Shown: positions 49,512 to 57,630 of the stretch, in pieces | Numbering within the stretch: the first letter of the stretch is position 1 | How the letters are laid out: each line of letters opens with the position of its first letter | From: an uncultured Sphingomonadaceae bacterium | GTDB lineage: Bacteria > Pseudomonadota > Alphaproteobacteria > Sphingomonadales > Sphingomonadaceae | Reading direction: 5' to 3' | DNA: 64,000 nt | Assembly: GCA_964245355.1 (NCBI GenBank) | Contig: CAXTMT010000001.1 | Location: forward strand, 15,895-79,894 | Notes under the pieces: model-generated | Seen by the model: only the letters and a program-made list of their open reading frames with translations | The model's database searches: none | Told to the model about the DNA's origin: nothing | Position numbers and translations under genes: made by a program

Positions 49512-50597
49512 TTACGTATTCAGGCGATAGACGACCGAATCCTGACGGAAGCGAACCTCCGGTGTCAGGCTGTTTGCCACCGCAATGAAGAGCATGCCGT
49601 CTTGTTCAAACGCGGTCGCTTCGGTACCACCGAAGGTGGGGAATTCTTGCTCCAGTTTCATCCCGCCGCCAGCCCATCGGTAAAGCCGCGACTTCAAGGC
49701 GGTTCGCGGAGCCGAGGGCGCCCCTTCGATAAAATTGACTTGAACCATGAAGAGCTCCCCGCCGGTTCTGAAGACACAAAACTCGCGTCCGCCCGGACCG
49801 CTCAGCGGCTGATGAACGATAAATTCCTGACTATCCCAGCGGTAAAGCAGCGACTCGCCCTGGATATTCGCGAACGCCAGATAGCGCCCGCCCTCGGCTT
49901 CGAAAAAGCGGAAGCAACGCCCGCCCGACGGAGCGAAGCTCTGAAAAGGCACAAAGGACGCGCCGTCCCAACGAAGCACCATCGAATCCCCGACGTGATC
50001 GGCATAGCAAAGGAAATGTTCGTCATCGATATCGAACGATTCCCAATTATAGCCCCACTTGCCGTCAAGAGCCTGAAACGCGACGAAGCAGGACCCATCC
50101 CATTCATAAATGCGGGACTCCCTTGGATTGGTCGCCTCAATATGCCCCAGCGTCACGCCTTGCGCCAAAGCAAGGAATGCGCGGCTTCCGATTTGAAAGA
50201 AATGCCACTGCTTTGCGGCAAATGCCGCGAACGTCTGAAACGGCTCCCAGCTTTCGCCCGATCGTTTGTAAAGCACCTGATCGAGATTGTAGTCGAAGGG
50301 GCCGTGGCCGGCGCGTATCGCAGCGGCGATCAGAAACGCCGCCGCACCGAATTCGAAGAACAGCACGTCTTCGCCCCCGGAGAGCGGCAGCACGCTCTCG
50401 TCAACGAATTGCCCGCCTTCCCAGCGAAAGATCGGAGCCCCGACATCGCTGTCGCCGCCATTCATGTGGGCCGGCGTATCGGGGATATCGCGAGCCAGTT
50501 GCGGAATGATCAGGTATCTTTTACCTGATACCACGAAGGTCGACATGCCCCGCGCGCCAGAGGTCGACAAGCGCTGGTGCTCGACGAGATGACCCAT
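49512..50597 (-). CDS. EAR/EPTP-repeat seven-bladed beta-propeller protein
   Basis: Seven ~45-60-aa repeats F..(F/H)Q.(L/F)...G(G/A)....F...G..(Y/F)L..A....S.(I/L)Y.W.G; GAGGA RBS before ATG 50597. Confidence 0.8.
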   Translation of the reverse strand: MGHLVEHQRLSTSGARGMSTFVVSGKRYLIIPQLARDIPDTPAHMNGGDSDVGAPIFRWEGGQFVDESVLPLSGGEDVLFFEFGAAAFLIAAAIRAGHGPFDYNLDQVLYKRSGESWEPFQTFAAFAAKQWHFFQIGSRAFLALAQGVTLGHIEATNPRESRIYEWDGSCFVAFQALDGKWGYNWESFDIDDEHFLCYADHVGDSMVLRWDGASFVPFQSFAPSGGRCFRFFEAEGGRYLAFANIQGESLLYRWDSQEFIVHQPLSGPGGREFCVFRTGGELFMVQVNFIEGAPSAPRTALKSRLYRWAGGGMKLEQEFPTFGGTEATAFEQDGMLFIAVANSLTPEVRFRQDSVVYRLNT

Positions 50598-50604
50598 CGA
50601 TTCC

Positions 50605-51858
50605 TCAACTCGCTTTCGGCTTGACGAATTCGATTGCGCCGTAGGCGACGGCAGCCAGCAGCGTGAAGATCGCAACGATAACGAACAGGAATTCCGAGTC
50701 GACCTGCCAGGTCAGGAGCTGGCCGCCGATCATGGGCCCCGCAATCGCGCCCAATCTGCCAACGGCGAACTGGCAGCCAGTTCCGGTCGCCCGTATTTTT
50801 CGGGGAAAGATATTGACGGCCATTGCCGGCGCGTTCTGGTTGCCTCCAATGGCAAACAGCCCAGCAACAAACAGGCCTGCAAAAAACGTCGTGTTCGTCG
50901 GGGTCAACTGGCCGAGCATGGCGATAGCAACCGCACCCAGCACGACCATCACCGCCACAGGCCGGAACAAGCCGTATTTCCTGACGACAATCATGGACCC
51001 GATCGCTCCGACGATCCCTCCGAGATTTAGGAATACTCCGCACAACGCCGCGCTGGCCGGCGACATCCCTGACTTGACGGCGATCATCGGCGTCCAGCTA
51101 TTGAGCAAATACGACACCAGCAGCATGCAGAACACGCCGAACATCATGCAGATGGTGGCCCATAGACGCCCTTCCATGAACAAAGCCCGAATCGATGAGA
51201 TCCGGCCGGTTTTTTCGCCTTCCCTTTCCGCGCCCGATCGCGACGCTGCAAAGGATTCCTTCAGAAGAAATGCGCCGGGCATCACGGCCAATGTCAGCAT
51301 TCCGGCACCGACAAACAGCGTTCGCCATCCGTGGTGGATGAGAATCGATGTCAGCGCGCCACCCACGACCGCGCCGAAAGGAAAGCCCACGAACATCATC
51401 GTTACGGCGGTGTCGCGTTTTTCTCTGGGAAAGTGCTCGGCTACCAGCGGGATCACCGCAGCCAGGACGCCGCCGAGGGCGAAACCCGCGATCAACCGAT
51501 ACGCGGCGAGCTCGGCGAACGACGTTGCCGTGGAGCACAGGATTGTGGCTGCTCCGGCGACGGCCAGCGATGCCGTCAGCACCGGGCGGCGCCCGAGACG
51601 ATCGGCAACCGGACCCAGTATCATGCCGCCCAGCATCGAACCTGCCAAACCCGCGGCAAAGATCTGACCCACGCTGATATGCGTGAGGTTCAATTCGGAG
51701 GTAATCAGCGGCACCAGAAAAGATACGATGAAAATATCGTAGCCATCGACCATCACCAAAAGAAAGGCAAAAGCCAGCAGCAGCAGGGGCGCGGCCTGTT
51801 CGCCGTCAACCGATGCGTTCACTCCGTTTTCCTTGGCAAGAAGCACGATATCACCCAC
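50605..51858 (-). CDS. MFS aromatic acid:H+ symporter-like transporter
   Basis: DGYD, GPVADRLGRR, GFPFG, FP.KIRATG.G. Confidence 0.88.
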   Translation of the reverse strand: MGDIVLLAKENGVNASVDGEQAAPLLLLAFAFLLVMVDGYDIFIVSFLVPLITSELNLTHISVGQIFAAGLAGSMLGGMILGPVADRLGRRPVLTASLAVAGAATILCSTATSFAELAAYRLIAGFALGGVLAAVIPLVAEHFPREKRDTAVTMMFVGFPFGAVVGGALTSILIHHGWRTLFVGAGMLTLAVMPGAFLLKESFAASRSGAEREGEKTGRISSIRALFMEGRLWATICMMFGVFCMLLVSYLLNSWTPMIAVKSGMSPASAALCGVFLNLGGIVGAIGSMIVVRKYGLFRPVAVMVVLGAVAIAMLGQLTPTNTTFFAGLFVAGLFAIGGNQNAPAMAVNIFPRKIRATGTGCQFAVGRLGAIAGPMIGGQLLTWQVDSEFLFVIVAIFTLLAAVAYGAIEFVKPKAS

Positions 51859-51926
51859 GGGGTAATTACAGCGGCGTCGCGTTGCGTTCTGCGATCGGCA
51901 AACAACGCATCGGTTGAAAGGACTGC

Positions 51927-51952
51927 AAAAAAGGGCGCCGCTCGCGGCGCCC
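51927..51952 (-). terminator. Rho-independent terminator after the SphA-like gene
   Basis: Minus strand GGGCGCCG-CGAG-CGGCGCCC-TTTTTT. Confidence 0.75.
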
Positions 51953-51978
51953 GAGTTTGGAGGAGTTCGTGAGCCTGA

Positions 51979-52977
51979 TTACTTGTAAAGCAGCGGCCGC
52001 TTCAGGGCGACGGGCTCTTCGGGAGCCCATATCCTGAAGCTGAGGTTGGCGAAAACCTTGTACCCTTTTGTGACCGATGCGGTGTCGACCGCCGAGCCGG
52101 GAGGTCCACCGCCCCAGGCCTTCGCGTAAAACTCGTCGACGGCCCACACGTTCAGCGCCGCCGGCCCGAAATTGTATCCGACGAGGGCGCCCGCGGCGTA
52201 GATGTCGAACCGATTCGTGTTGATGGACTGGCGATAGAATGCGCTCGACGTATCGTCGGTAATCTGACCTACGTAGTAGCCGACCGGCCCGAGCGTCCAC
52301 TTTCCGATGGACTTGGTGGCGGTGAACTCCGCGTGCAAGACGTTACCCGATCGATAGTTGGTGATGGTGTTGGCGGTATTTATTTCTTCCGACAAGAAGG
52401 CGGTTAGATTCCATCCGTTCTTGAGGTAGGACAGGAAAATCTCCGGCTGAAACGTCCACCACGGGTTTCCTATGCTGCCGAGTCCGTTGGCGCCGCTAAC
52501 CGTCCCGTCCGGCACGTATATTCCCAAACCGGTTTTCACGGCAAATCCGCTGTCACCGAATCTCCAGCTCAACTCGCCCGGGACGATATATGTGTTGTGC
52601 GCTCCCGCTTTTTGCAGGTTCACGGGCGCGCCGACGTCGAGCATCGAAACCGGCTGCACCAGAACCGCGTCATAAGCGGCGCCCAGAAACGTCCATCCCG
52701 GCACATAAAGAAAGCCGACGGCAGTCGACGCGAGATGAACGGGTACTCCACCCCCGAGCGGCGCGCCCGGACCTACGATAGTCGATTGCGTCGTGAAGGT
52801 CTGATTGAACATGTACAGGCCCGGGCCCGGCGTGCCTGCCGAAGCGCCGATAACGATACCGGGCATCTGTTCCCAACCCGGCGCACCGGCTTCATAGGCA
52901 TTCGCGGATGCGGCGATGCCGATTGTCGCGAAACTCAACACCGCAGCAGCGCGACGCAGTCGATTGCTGATCATCAT
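51979..52977 (-). CDS. SphA / Phenol_MetA_deg family outer-membrane channel (paralog of 32301-33284)
   Basis: Signal peptide, PGPGLY, GLGIYVPDG, GNPWWTFQPE, YRSGNVLHAEF, GYYVGQITDD. Confidence 0.82.
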   Translation of the reverse strand: MMISNRLRRAAAVLSFATIGIAASANAYEAGAPGWEQMPGIVIGASAGTPGPGLYMFNQTFTTQSTIVGPGAPLGGGVPVHLASTAVGFLYVPGWTFLGAAYDAVLVQPVSMLDVGAPVNLQKAGAHNTYIVPGELSWRFGDSGFAVKTGLGIYVPDGTVSGANGLGSIGNPWWTFQPEIFLSYLKNGWNLTAFLSEEINTANTITNYRSGNVLHAEFTATKSIGKWTLGPVGYYVGQITDDTSSAFYRQSINTNRFDIYAAGALVGYNFGPAALNVWAVDEFYAKAWGGGPPGSAVDTASVTKGYKVFANLSFRIWAPEEPVALKRPLLYK

Positions 52978-53304
52978 GTTTCCCCCAGACCACGTTGTTA
53001 GATACTGATACAAAGTCCGCGTGGGGGACGGATCGACCTTCGTCCCTCGTTCGCTTCCTTCACACGTTTCTTTTCTTTTGCCCGATCTTGCACTCGCATT
53101 CGAAGGCGTCAATTCGGGTTTGGCGTTTGAAAGATATGTAAAACAAATCAATGTCCGGATCTGGATCGGCGGCGGCTTCTATGGCGCCGAGGCTTCCGGT
53201 CATAGGGCGGTTGTGATGTGAGGAGCAGCCGGAAGGCAATCCCTCGGCGCCAGCCGGCGCCATGAATTTGCAAGCGGCTCGGACGGCCGCGCATTCCCGA
53301 ACGC

Positions 53305-53407
53305 TACGCATGATCCGGAAAAGCGGGCACCGCTTTCCGGAAAAGGATCATGCTCGAACATCAGGGTAGAGCGGGACGACGATTCGAAGAGAAATTATCG
53401 CGCTCTT
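53305..53407 (-). repeat. ~100-bp palindromic intergenic repeat, copy 3 (inverted, more diverged)
   Basis: GCATGATCCGGAAAAG..GGATCATGCTC..AGAGCGGGACGACGATTCGAAGAGAAATTATCGCGCTC matches the reverse complement of copies 1 and 2. Confidence 0.8.
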
Positions 53408-53536
53408 GGCGCTGAGCGAGCTTTCGGGGGACCGCGATCGGCAGGGGCGGTGCCCGCGTGACGATCGGCCGCGCGCGAGTGGCCGCCGAGGCTTGCTGAA
53501 ATCGCAAGCCTCACGCATCAGCGACGGAAGGACGCT

Positions 53537-54544
53537 TCAGACCGCCGACGTCATCGTCTTGCGGGATTTGTTTGCGGGCCGCTTTTTAGAGCGCTTGTTT
53601 TTGTTTTTCGGGCTGCCTGCCGGCTGTTGCAACCGGTACGATCCATTCCACGTCAACGTTTTCGCGCGCGCCATCTGGCTCAGATTTGCGATGCGGAAGT
53701 CCGCTTCGCCTGCCCGATAAACCATCAAAAGCTCGGTCAGCGCGTCCTCATCTGCCAGCGGCACGTAGGCAATGTTGGGTATGCCGATATACCGCAGACT
53801 CGACGGTACCACCGCGATGCCGAGGCCGGTCGCCACGAGACCGATGATGGTCGACGCTTCTTTGGCTTCCTGAACGATCGCGGGCGCGAAAGAACGCTTC
53901 GCACAGAGCTGGATGAAGTAATCGTAGATGCCGACGCCATAGGATCGCGGATAGAATATAAAACGCTCGTGACGAAGATCGGCCAGTACGATTTTTCTTC
54001 TCTTATGAAGAGGATGTGTCGGATCCAATGCGACGACCAGCGGATCAGTGAGAAGCTTCGTCGTCGTAATGTCCGCTGGAGGCTTGAACCCTGGCGGCGT
54101 CCGGATAATCCCAACGTCCAGTTCCCTCGCCTGCAGCGCGGCCAACTGTGTCGAAGACGTCATGTCCTGCAGCACGACGCGGATGTCGGGGTATTTGGTC
54201 CGGAACGCGTGCACGAGGCCCGGAAAAAACGACAGCAAGGACGACGCGGCGGTGAAGCCGATGCGGAGCTCTCCGGCTTCGCCATCCAGCATCTTGCGAA
54301 TCTCGCCGACGGTCCGGTCGATCCTGGCGAGAATGGAGCAGCCATTCTCCCGAAGCACCAAACCTATTTCCGTCAATTCAACCCGTCGGCGCGTGCGATG
54401 GAAAAGCTTCCCGCCGAGTTCGCGTTCCAGCTCCTGAATCGCAAGGGATAACGGAGCCTGCGTCATTCCCAAGCGCTCCGCCGTCTTGCGAAAATGAAGC
54501 TCCTCCGCGAGAACGATAAAATAGCGCAACTGATTTATCTTCAC
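53537..54544 (-). CDS. LysR family regulator
   Basis: QLRYFIVLAEELHF.KTAERLGMTQAPLS..I.ELE.ELG..LF.RT.R.VELT; GTG start with GAGG. Confidence 0.93.
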   Translation of the reverse strand: MKINQLRYFIVLAEELHFRKTAERLGMTQAPLSLAIQELERELGGKLFHRTRRRVELTEIGLVLRENGCSILARIDRTVGEIRKMLDGEAGELRIGFTAASSLLSFFPGLVHAFRTKYPDIRVVLQDMTSSTQLAALQARELDVGIIRTPPGFKPPADITTTKLLTDPLVVALDPTHPLHKRRKIVLADLRHERFIFYPRSYGVGIYDYFIQLCAKRSFAPAIVQEAKEASTIIGLVATGLGIAVVPSSLRYIGIPNIAYVPLADEDALTELLMVYRAGEADFRIANLSQMARAKTLTWNGSYRLQQPAGSPKNKNKRSKKRPANKSRKTMTSAV

Positions 54545-54871
54545 GGCGCCTCTCAATCCATACGATCTCGAACGGCAACCAGGCTGGCGGCTCGGGCAAA
54601 TACTCCTTTAGATCAACCCTCACGCTGGAACCTCATCAATTGCTTTTATAAATCAACGAAGCGCCTTGAACAATCGTCCTCTGTTTTGAATGCAGAATTT
54701 ACTATCGCTCGTTTGAGATCGCGATAGCGCCACGCTGCTTGAGCGGCGACGGAATCCTTGTCGGCTCAACGGCAGTTCGATCAGCGCCGTTCTTTTAGGT
54801 CGTAGTGCATCGCTGAAAGACCTGCGGCTCGTTTTATCGGACTTGATAAATCGAACGGGACAAAACAAATA

Positions 54872-54881
54872 TTGCATGCAA
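54872..54881. promoter_or_regulatory. Palindrome TTGCATGCAA, candidate GntR operator
   Basis: Perfect 10-bp palindrome within ATATTGCATGCAAAAT, upstream of an operon that encodes a GntR. Confidence 0.5.
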
Positions 54882-54935
54882 AATTCAAAACGTGTTAGCG
54901 TTTCTAAAAGGCAAACTCGAATTGGAGGGAGCGTC

Positions 54936-55388
54936 ATGTTTTCGAAACCGTTTTTGGTTGTCCTTGCAGCTTTGCTTTTTAGCAATGCATCCGCCTTCGC
55001 CCAGCAGACCCCGCAGGAAGCCGCCAATAAGCAGGTCGTGCTGGAGTTTTACGAAAAAGGGCTGAATCAGAAAGATGCGGCCGCCGCGGCGCCGTACTTT
55101 GGAGCGCACTACAAGCAGCACAATCCCACCGCAAGAGACGGGGCGGAAGGCTTTCGTGGCTTCGTAGGTTTCCTGAAAGAAAAATTCCCTCAGTCGCACG
55201 GCGAGATAAAGCAGGTTTTCGCCGATGGCGACTTCGTGATCCTGCATGTGCACGCGATACGCGTTCCCGGCACGCGCGGCAGCGCTATCGTGGATATCTT
55301 CAAATTGGAAAACGGCAAGATCGTCGAGCATTGGGACGTCATTCAGGAAATACCGGAGACCGCGGCCAACGGAAACGGGATGTTCTGA
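54936..55388 (+). CDS. Exported SnoaL/NTF2-like protein
   Basis: Signal peptide (ASAFA), NKQVVLEFY, YKQHNP...DG.EGF, DIFKLENGKIVEHWDV; GGAGG RBS. Confidence 0.88.
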   Translation: MFSKPFLVVLAALLFSNASAFAQQTPQEAANKQVVLEFYEKGLNQKDAAAAAPYFGAHYKQHNPTARDGAEGFRGFVGFLKEKFPQSHGEIKQVFADGDFVILHVHAIRVPGTRGSAIVDIFKLENGKIVEHWDVIQEIPETAANGNGMF

Positions 55389-55475
55389 TGTCCCTGCGCG
55401 CGCATTCCTCGTTCGACAACGGCGTCCATTCGACTGACGGACTGCACAGACGCATGGCGGTCCTTGGAGGTTAAG

Positions 55476-56513
55476 ATGATCGGTGACATTTTCGTTTTCG
55501 ACAACGTGATCCACCTCTACGATCTTTCACCGGAAAACCTGCGCACGGAGCGCAGCGATTCCGGGCCGAGCCGTCAGCAAACCCTCGAAGAGACGTCGCG
55601 CATCCGGACTCCGGGAGAACCGCCGAACGACGATCCCTCGTTTGACTGGGGCCGTCGGTGGTCAACGGCGGAAATGCACGACCTGGTGTTTTCCAGGTCG
55701 CCCACTGACATGGCGATGGCCCAGACCGTGCCGATGTTCGACTGGTTTCGCGATTGGTACGCTCCGGTCAAGACACAGCATGCGATGGCGGCCGCCTATC
55801 CCGAAAAGGTGCTGTTCTGCGGCGGGGTCGATCCTATGTTCCGGGGAATGCAGGATGCACTGGAACAGATCGATTATCAGACCAAGGTGCTCGGAGCGCG
55901 GTCGTTCAAATTTTACAACGGTCACGCCGAGGTAAAGGACTGCTGGCGATGCGACGATCGGAAGGTCGCCTACCCGCTTTACGAGCGGGCGATCGCTAAC
56001 GGGATAAACGTGTTGCAATTCCACAAAGGCAATCCTCACGGATTGCAGAACATGGAGTATCTAAGTCCGCTGGACCTGCAAGCGCCGGCGCGCGATTTCC
56101 CCCACGTGCAATTCATCGTCCATCACCTCGCGATGCCGTACTTCGACGAGATGTTGTCCATCGCAGCCCGTTTTCCGAATATTCATCTTTCATTGGCAGG
56201 TCACGTCGCTTTCTATCGGATTGCCCCGCGACGTTTCCAGGAGCAGATGGGCCGGCTACTTCAAGTCGTGGGAGCTCACAAGATTCTATGGGGCTCCGAA
56301 GCCGCCCTGGCAGGCGGACCGGCGCCGTATCTCAAGGCTTTCATGGATTTTGAGATACCGCAGGATCTTCGCGCCGGTTACGGATATCCCCAGATTACCA
56401 TCGAAGACAAACGCGCGATCTTGGGCGAGAATTTCGCGGCCCTGATGGAGGTCGACATCGAGGCCAAGAAGTCCGAGCTAGGCTTGTCCGGTAAAACGGC
56501 CGTGCTCGCATGA
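55476..56513 (+). CDS. Amidohydrolase_2 family protein with atypical metal motifs
   Basis: FDNVIH, FKFY, FHKG, DFP.VQFIVHH, KILWGSE, KRAILGEN; GGAGG RBS. Confidence 0.85.
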   Translation: MIGDIFVFDNVIHLYDLSPENLRTERSDSGPSRQQTLEETSRIRTPGEPPNDDPSFDWGRRWSTAEMHDLVFSRSPTDMAMAQTVPMFDWFRDWYAPVKTQHAMAAAYPEKVLFCGGVDPMFRGMQDALEQIDYQTKVLGARSFKFYNGHAEVKDCWRCDDRKVAYPLYERAIANGINVLQFHKGNPHGLQNMEYLSPLDLQAPARDFPHVQFIVHHLAMPYFDEMLSIAARFPNIHLSLAGHVAFYRIAPRRFQEQMGRLLQVVGAHKILWGSEAALAGGPAPYLKAFMDFEIPQDLRAGYGYPQITIEDKRAILGENFAALMEVDIEAKKSELGLSGKTAVLA

Positions 56514-56887
56514 ATGCGGCTTTGCGAACTACCGTCGAGAAGCAGGTGGCTTATCTTGACCGGCTGATCAGGGTGCATGCCGGCGGTCTTGTGCTCGAGA
56601 GCATCAGCGCGCAAGGGACCGTACGCGTCAGGTTCACCGGCATGTGCGCCGGTTGTGAGAACCGTCCCGTTACCGCGATCGGCACGATCCGTCCGGCACT
56701 GATGACGCTCGAAGGAGTACGCGCGGTCGAGATCGTCGGCGCCCGGATATCTCAGGAGGCGGAAAGGCGAATCGAAGAAGATCTGATGTCTGACCAAAGC
56801 CGTTCTCATGTGATCCGAGTGATCGGGCTGCTCGACAAGTCGGACCGGACGGCATCGATGGCAGAAAGTCGTCCGGAAGATGAATAA
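56510..56887 (+). CDS. Stand-alone NifU C-terminal (Nfu) domain protein
   Basis: HAGGL.L....GTVRVRFTGMCAGC (CxxC); ATGA overlap with the amidohydrolase. Confidence 0.8.
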   Translation: MNAALRTTVEKQVAYLDRLIRVHAGGLVLESISAQGTVRVRFTGMCAGCENRPVTAIGTIRPALMTLEGVRAVEIVGARISQEAERRIEEDLMSDQSRSHVIRVIGLLDKSDRTASMAESRPEDE

Positions 56888-57560
56888 GGCCGTCATCAAA
56901 GCCGACATCCTCCATTTCAAGGTCACCGACCGGCTGCGCGACATGATCGTTTCCGGTCGGATGAAGCCGGGCGAGTCCATTTCGGAAAGGGATCTCTGCG
57001 AGCATTTCGGCATATCCCGGACGCCCCTGCGCGAAGCGCTGAAGGTGCTTGCGTCGGCCGAACTGATCGACTTGCTTCCGCGGCGCGGCGCGGTCGTGGC
57101 GCCCGTTTCGGTCGAGGAGCTGGCAGAGAGATTCGCGGTCGTGCGGATGATCGAGGGCCACGCCGCGGAAACGGTTTGCTCGCGGTCGCGGCCCGAGGAC
57201 GTCGGGAGCCTCGAGGAGATCGCCGACCGCATCGAAGCGTCGATCGAAAAAAAGAATGTCGGACGCTACTTCGAGGCGAGCGGACAGTTTCACCGCAGGC
57301 TTGTCGAATTGACCGGAAACCGCCCGTTGATCAAAATTCATGCCGACTTGCTTGCCCACCTGACGCGAGCCCGGTTGATCGCGCTCCGGTACGAGGAGGA
57401 CTACGTCGACCTGTTAAAATTCCACCGGAGCATCGTGAACGCGATGAAGCGAAAGGATGTCCGCGCGGCGGCTCAAGCCGCGATGGACCATCTGACGCGC
57501 GTGCAGAGGTCCGTCCTATCGACGCTGGCCAGCCGGGTTGCCGATGTGCACCGTTCCTGA
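56880..57560 (+). CDS. GntR family (FCD) regulator
   Basis: LRDMIVSG..KPGE.ISERDLCE.FGISRTPLREALKVL. Confidence 0.93.
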   Translation: MNKAVIKADILHFKVTDRLRDMIVSGRMKPGESISERDLCEHFGISRTPLREALKVLASAELIDLLPRRGAVVAPVSVEELAERFAVVRMIEGHAAETVCSRSRPEDVGSLEEIADRIEASIEKKNVGRYFEASGQFHRRLVELTGNRPLIKIHADLLAHLTRARLIALRYEEDYVDLLKFHRSIVNAMKRKDVRAAAQAAMDHLTRVQRSVLSTLASRVADVHRS

Positions 57561-57630
57561 TCGGCCGTGGGCCGGCCCGTCCAAACGCGCAGCAGGCGCG
57601 CGCGAGTCACTTGTAATTCCAGAGGCATAG

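Noticed and set aside
56510-56887. Nitrogen-fixation nifU or housekeeping nfuA
   Set aside because: Only the C-terminal CxxC domain is present and there are no nif/isc/suf neighbours.
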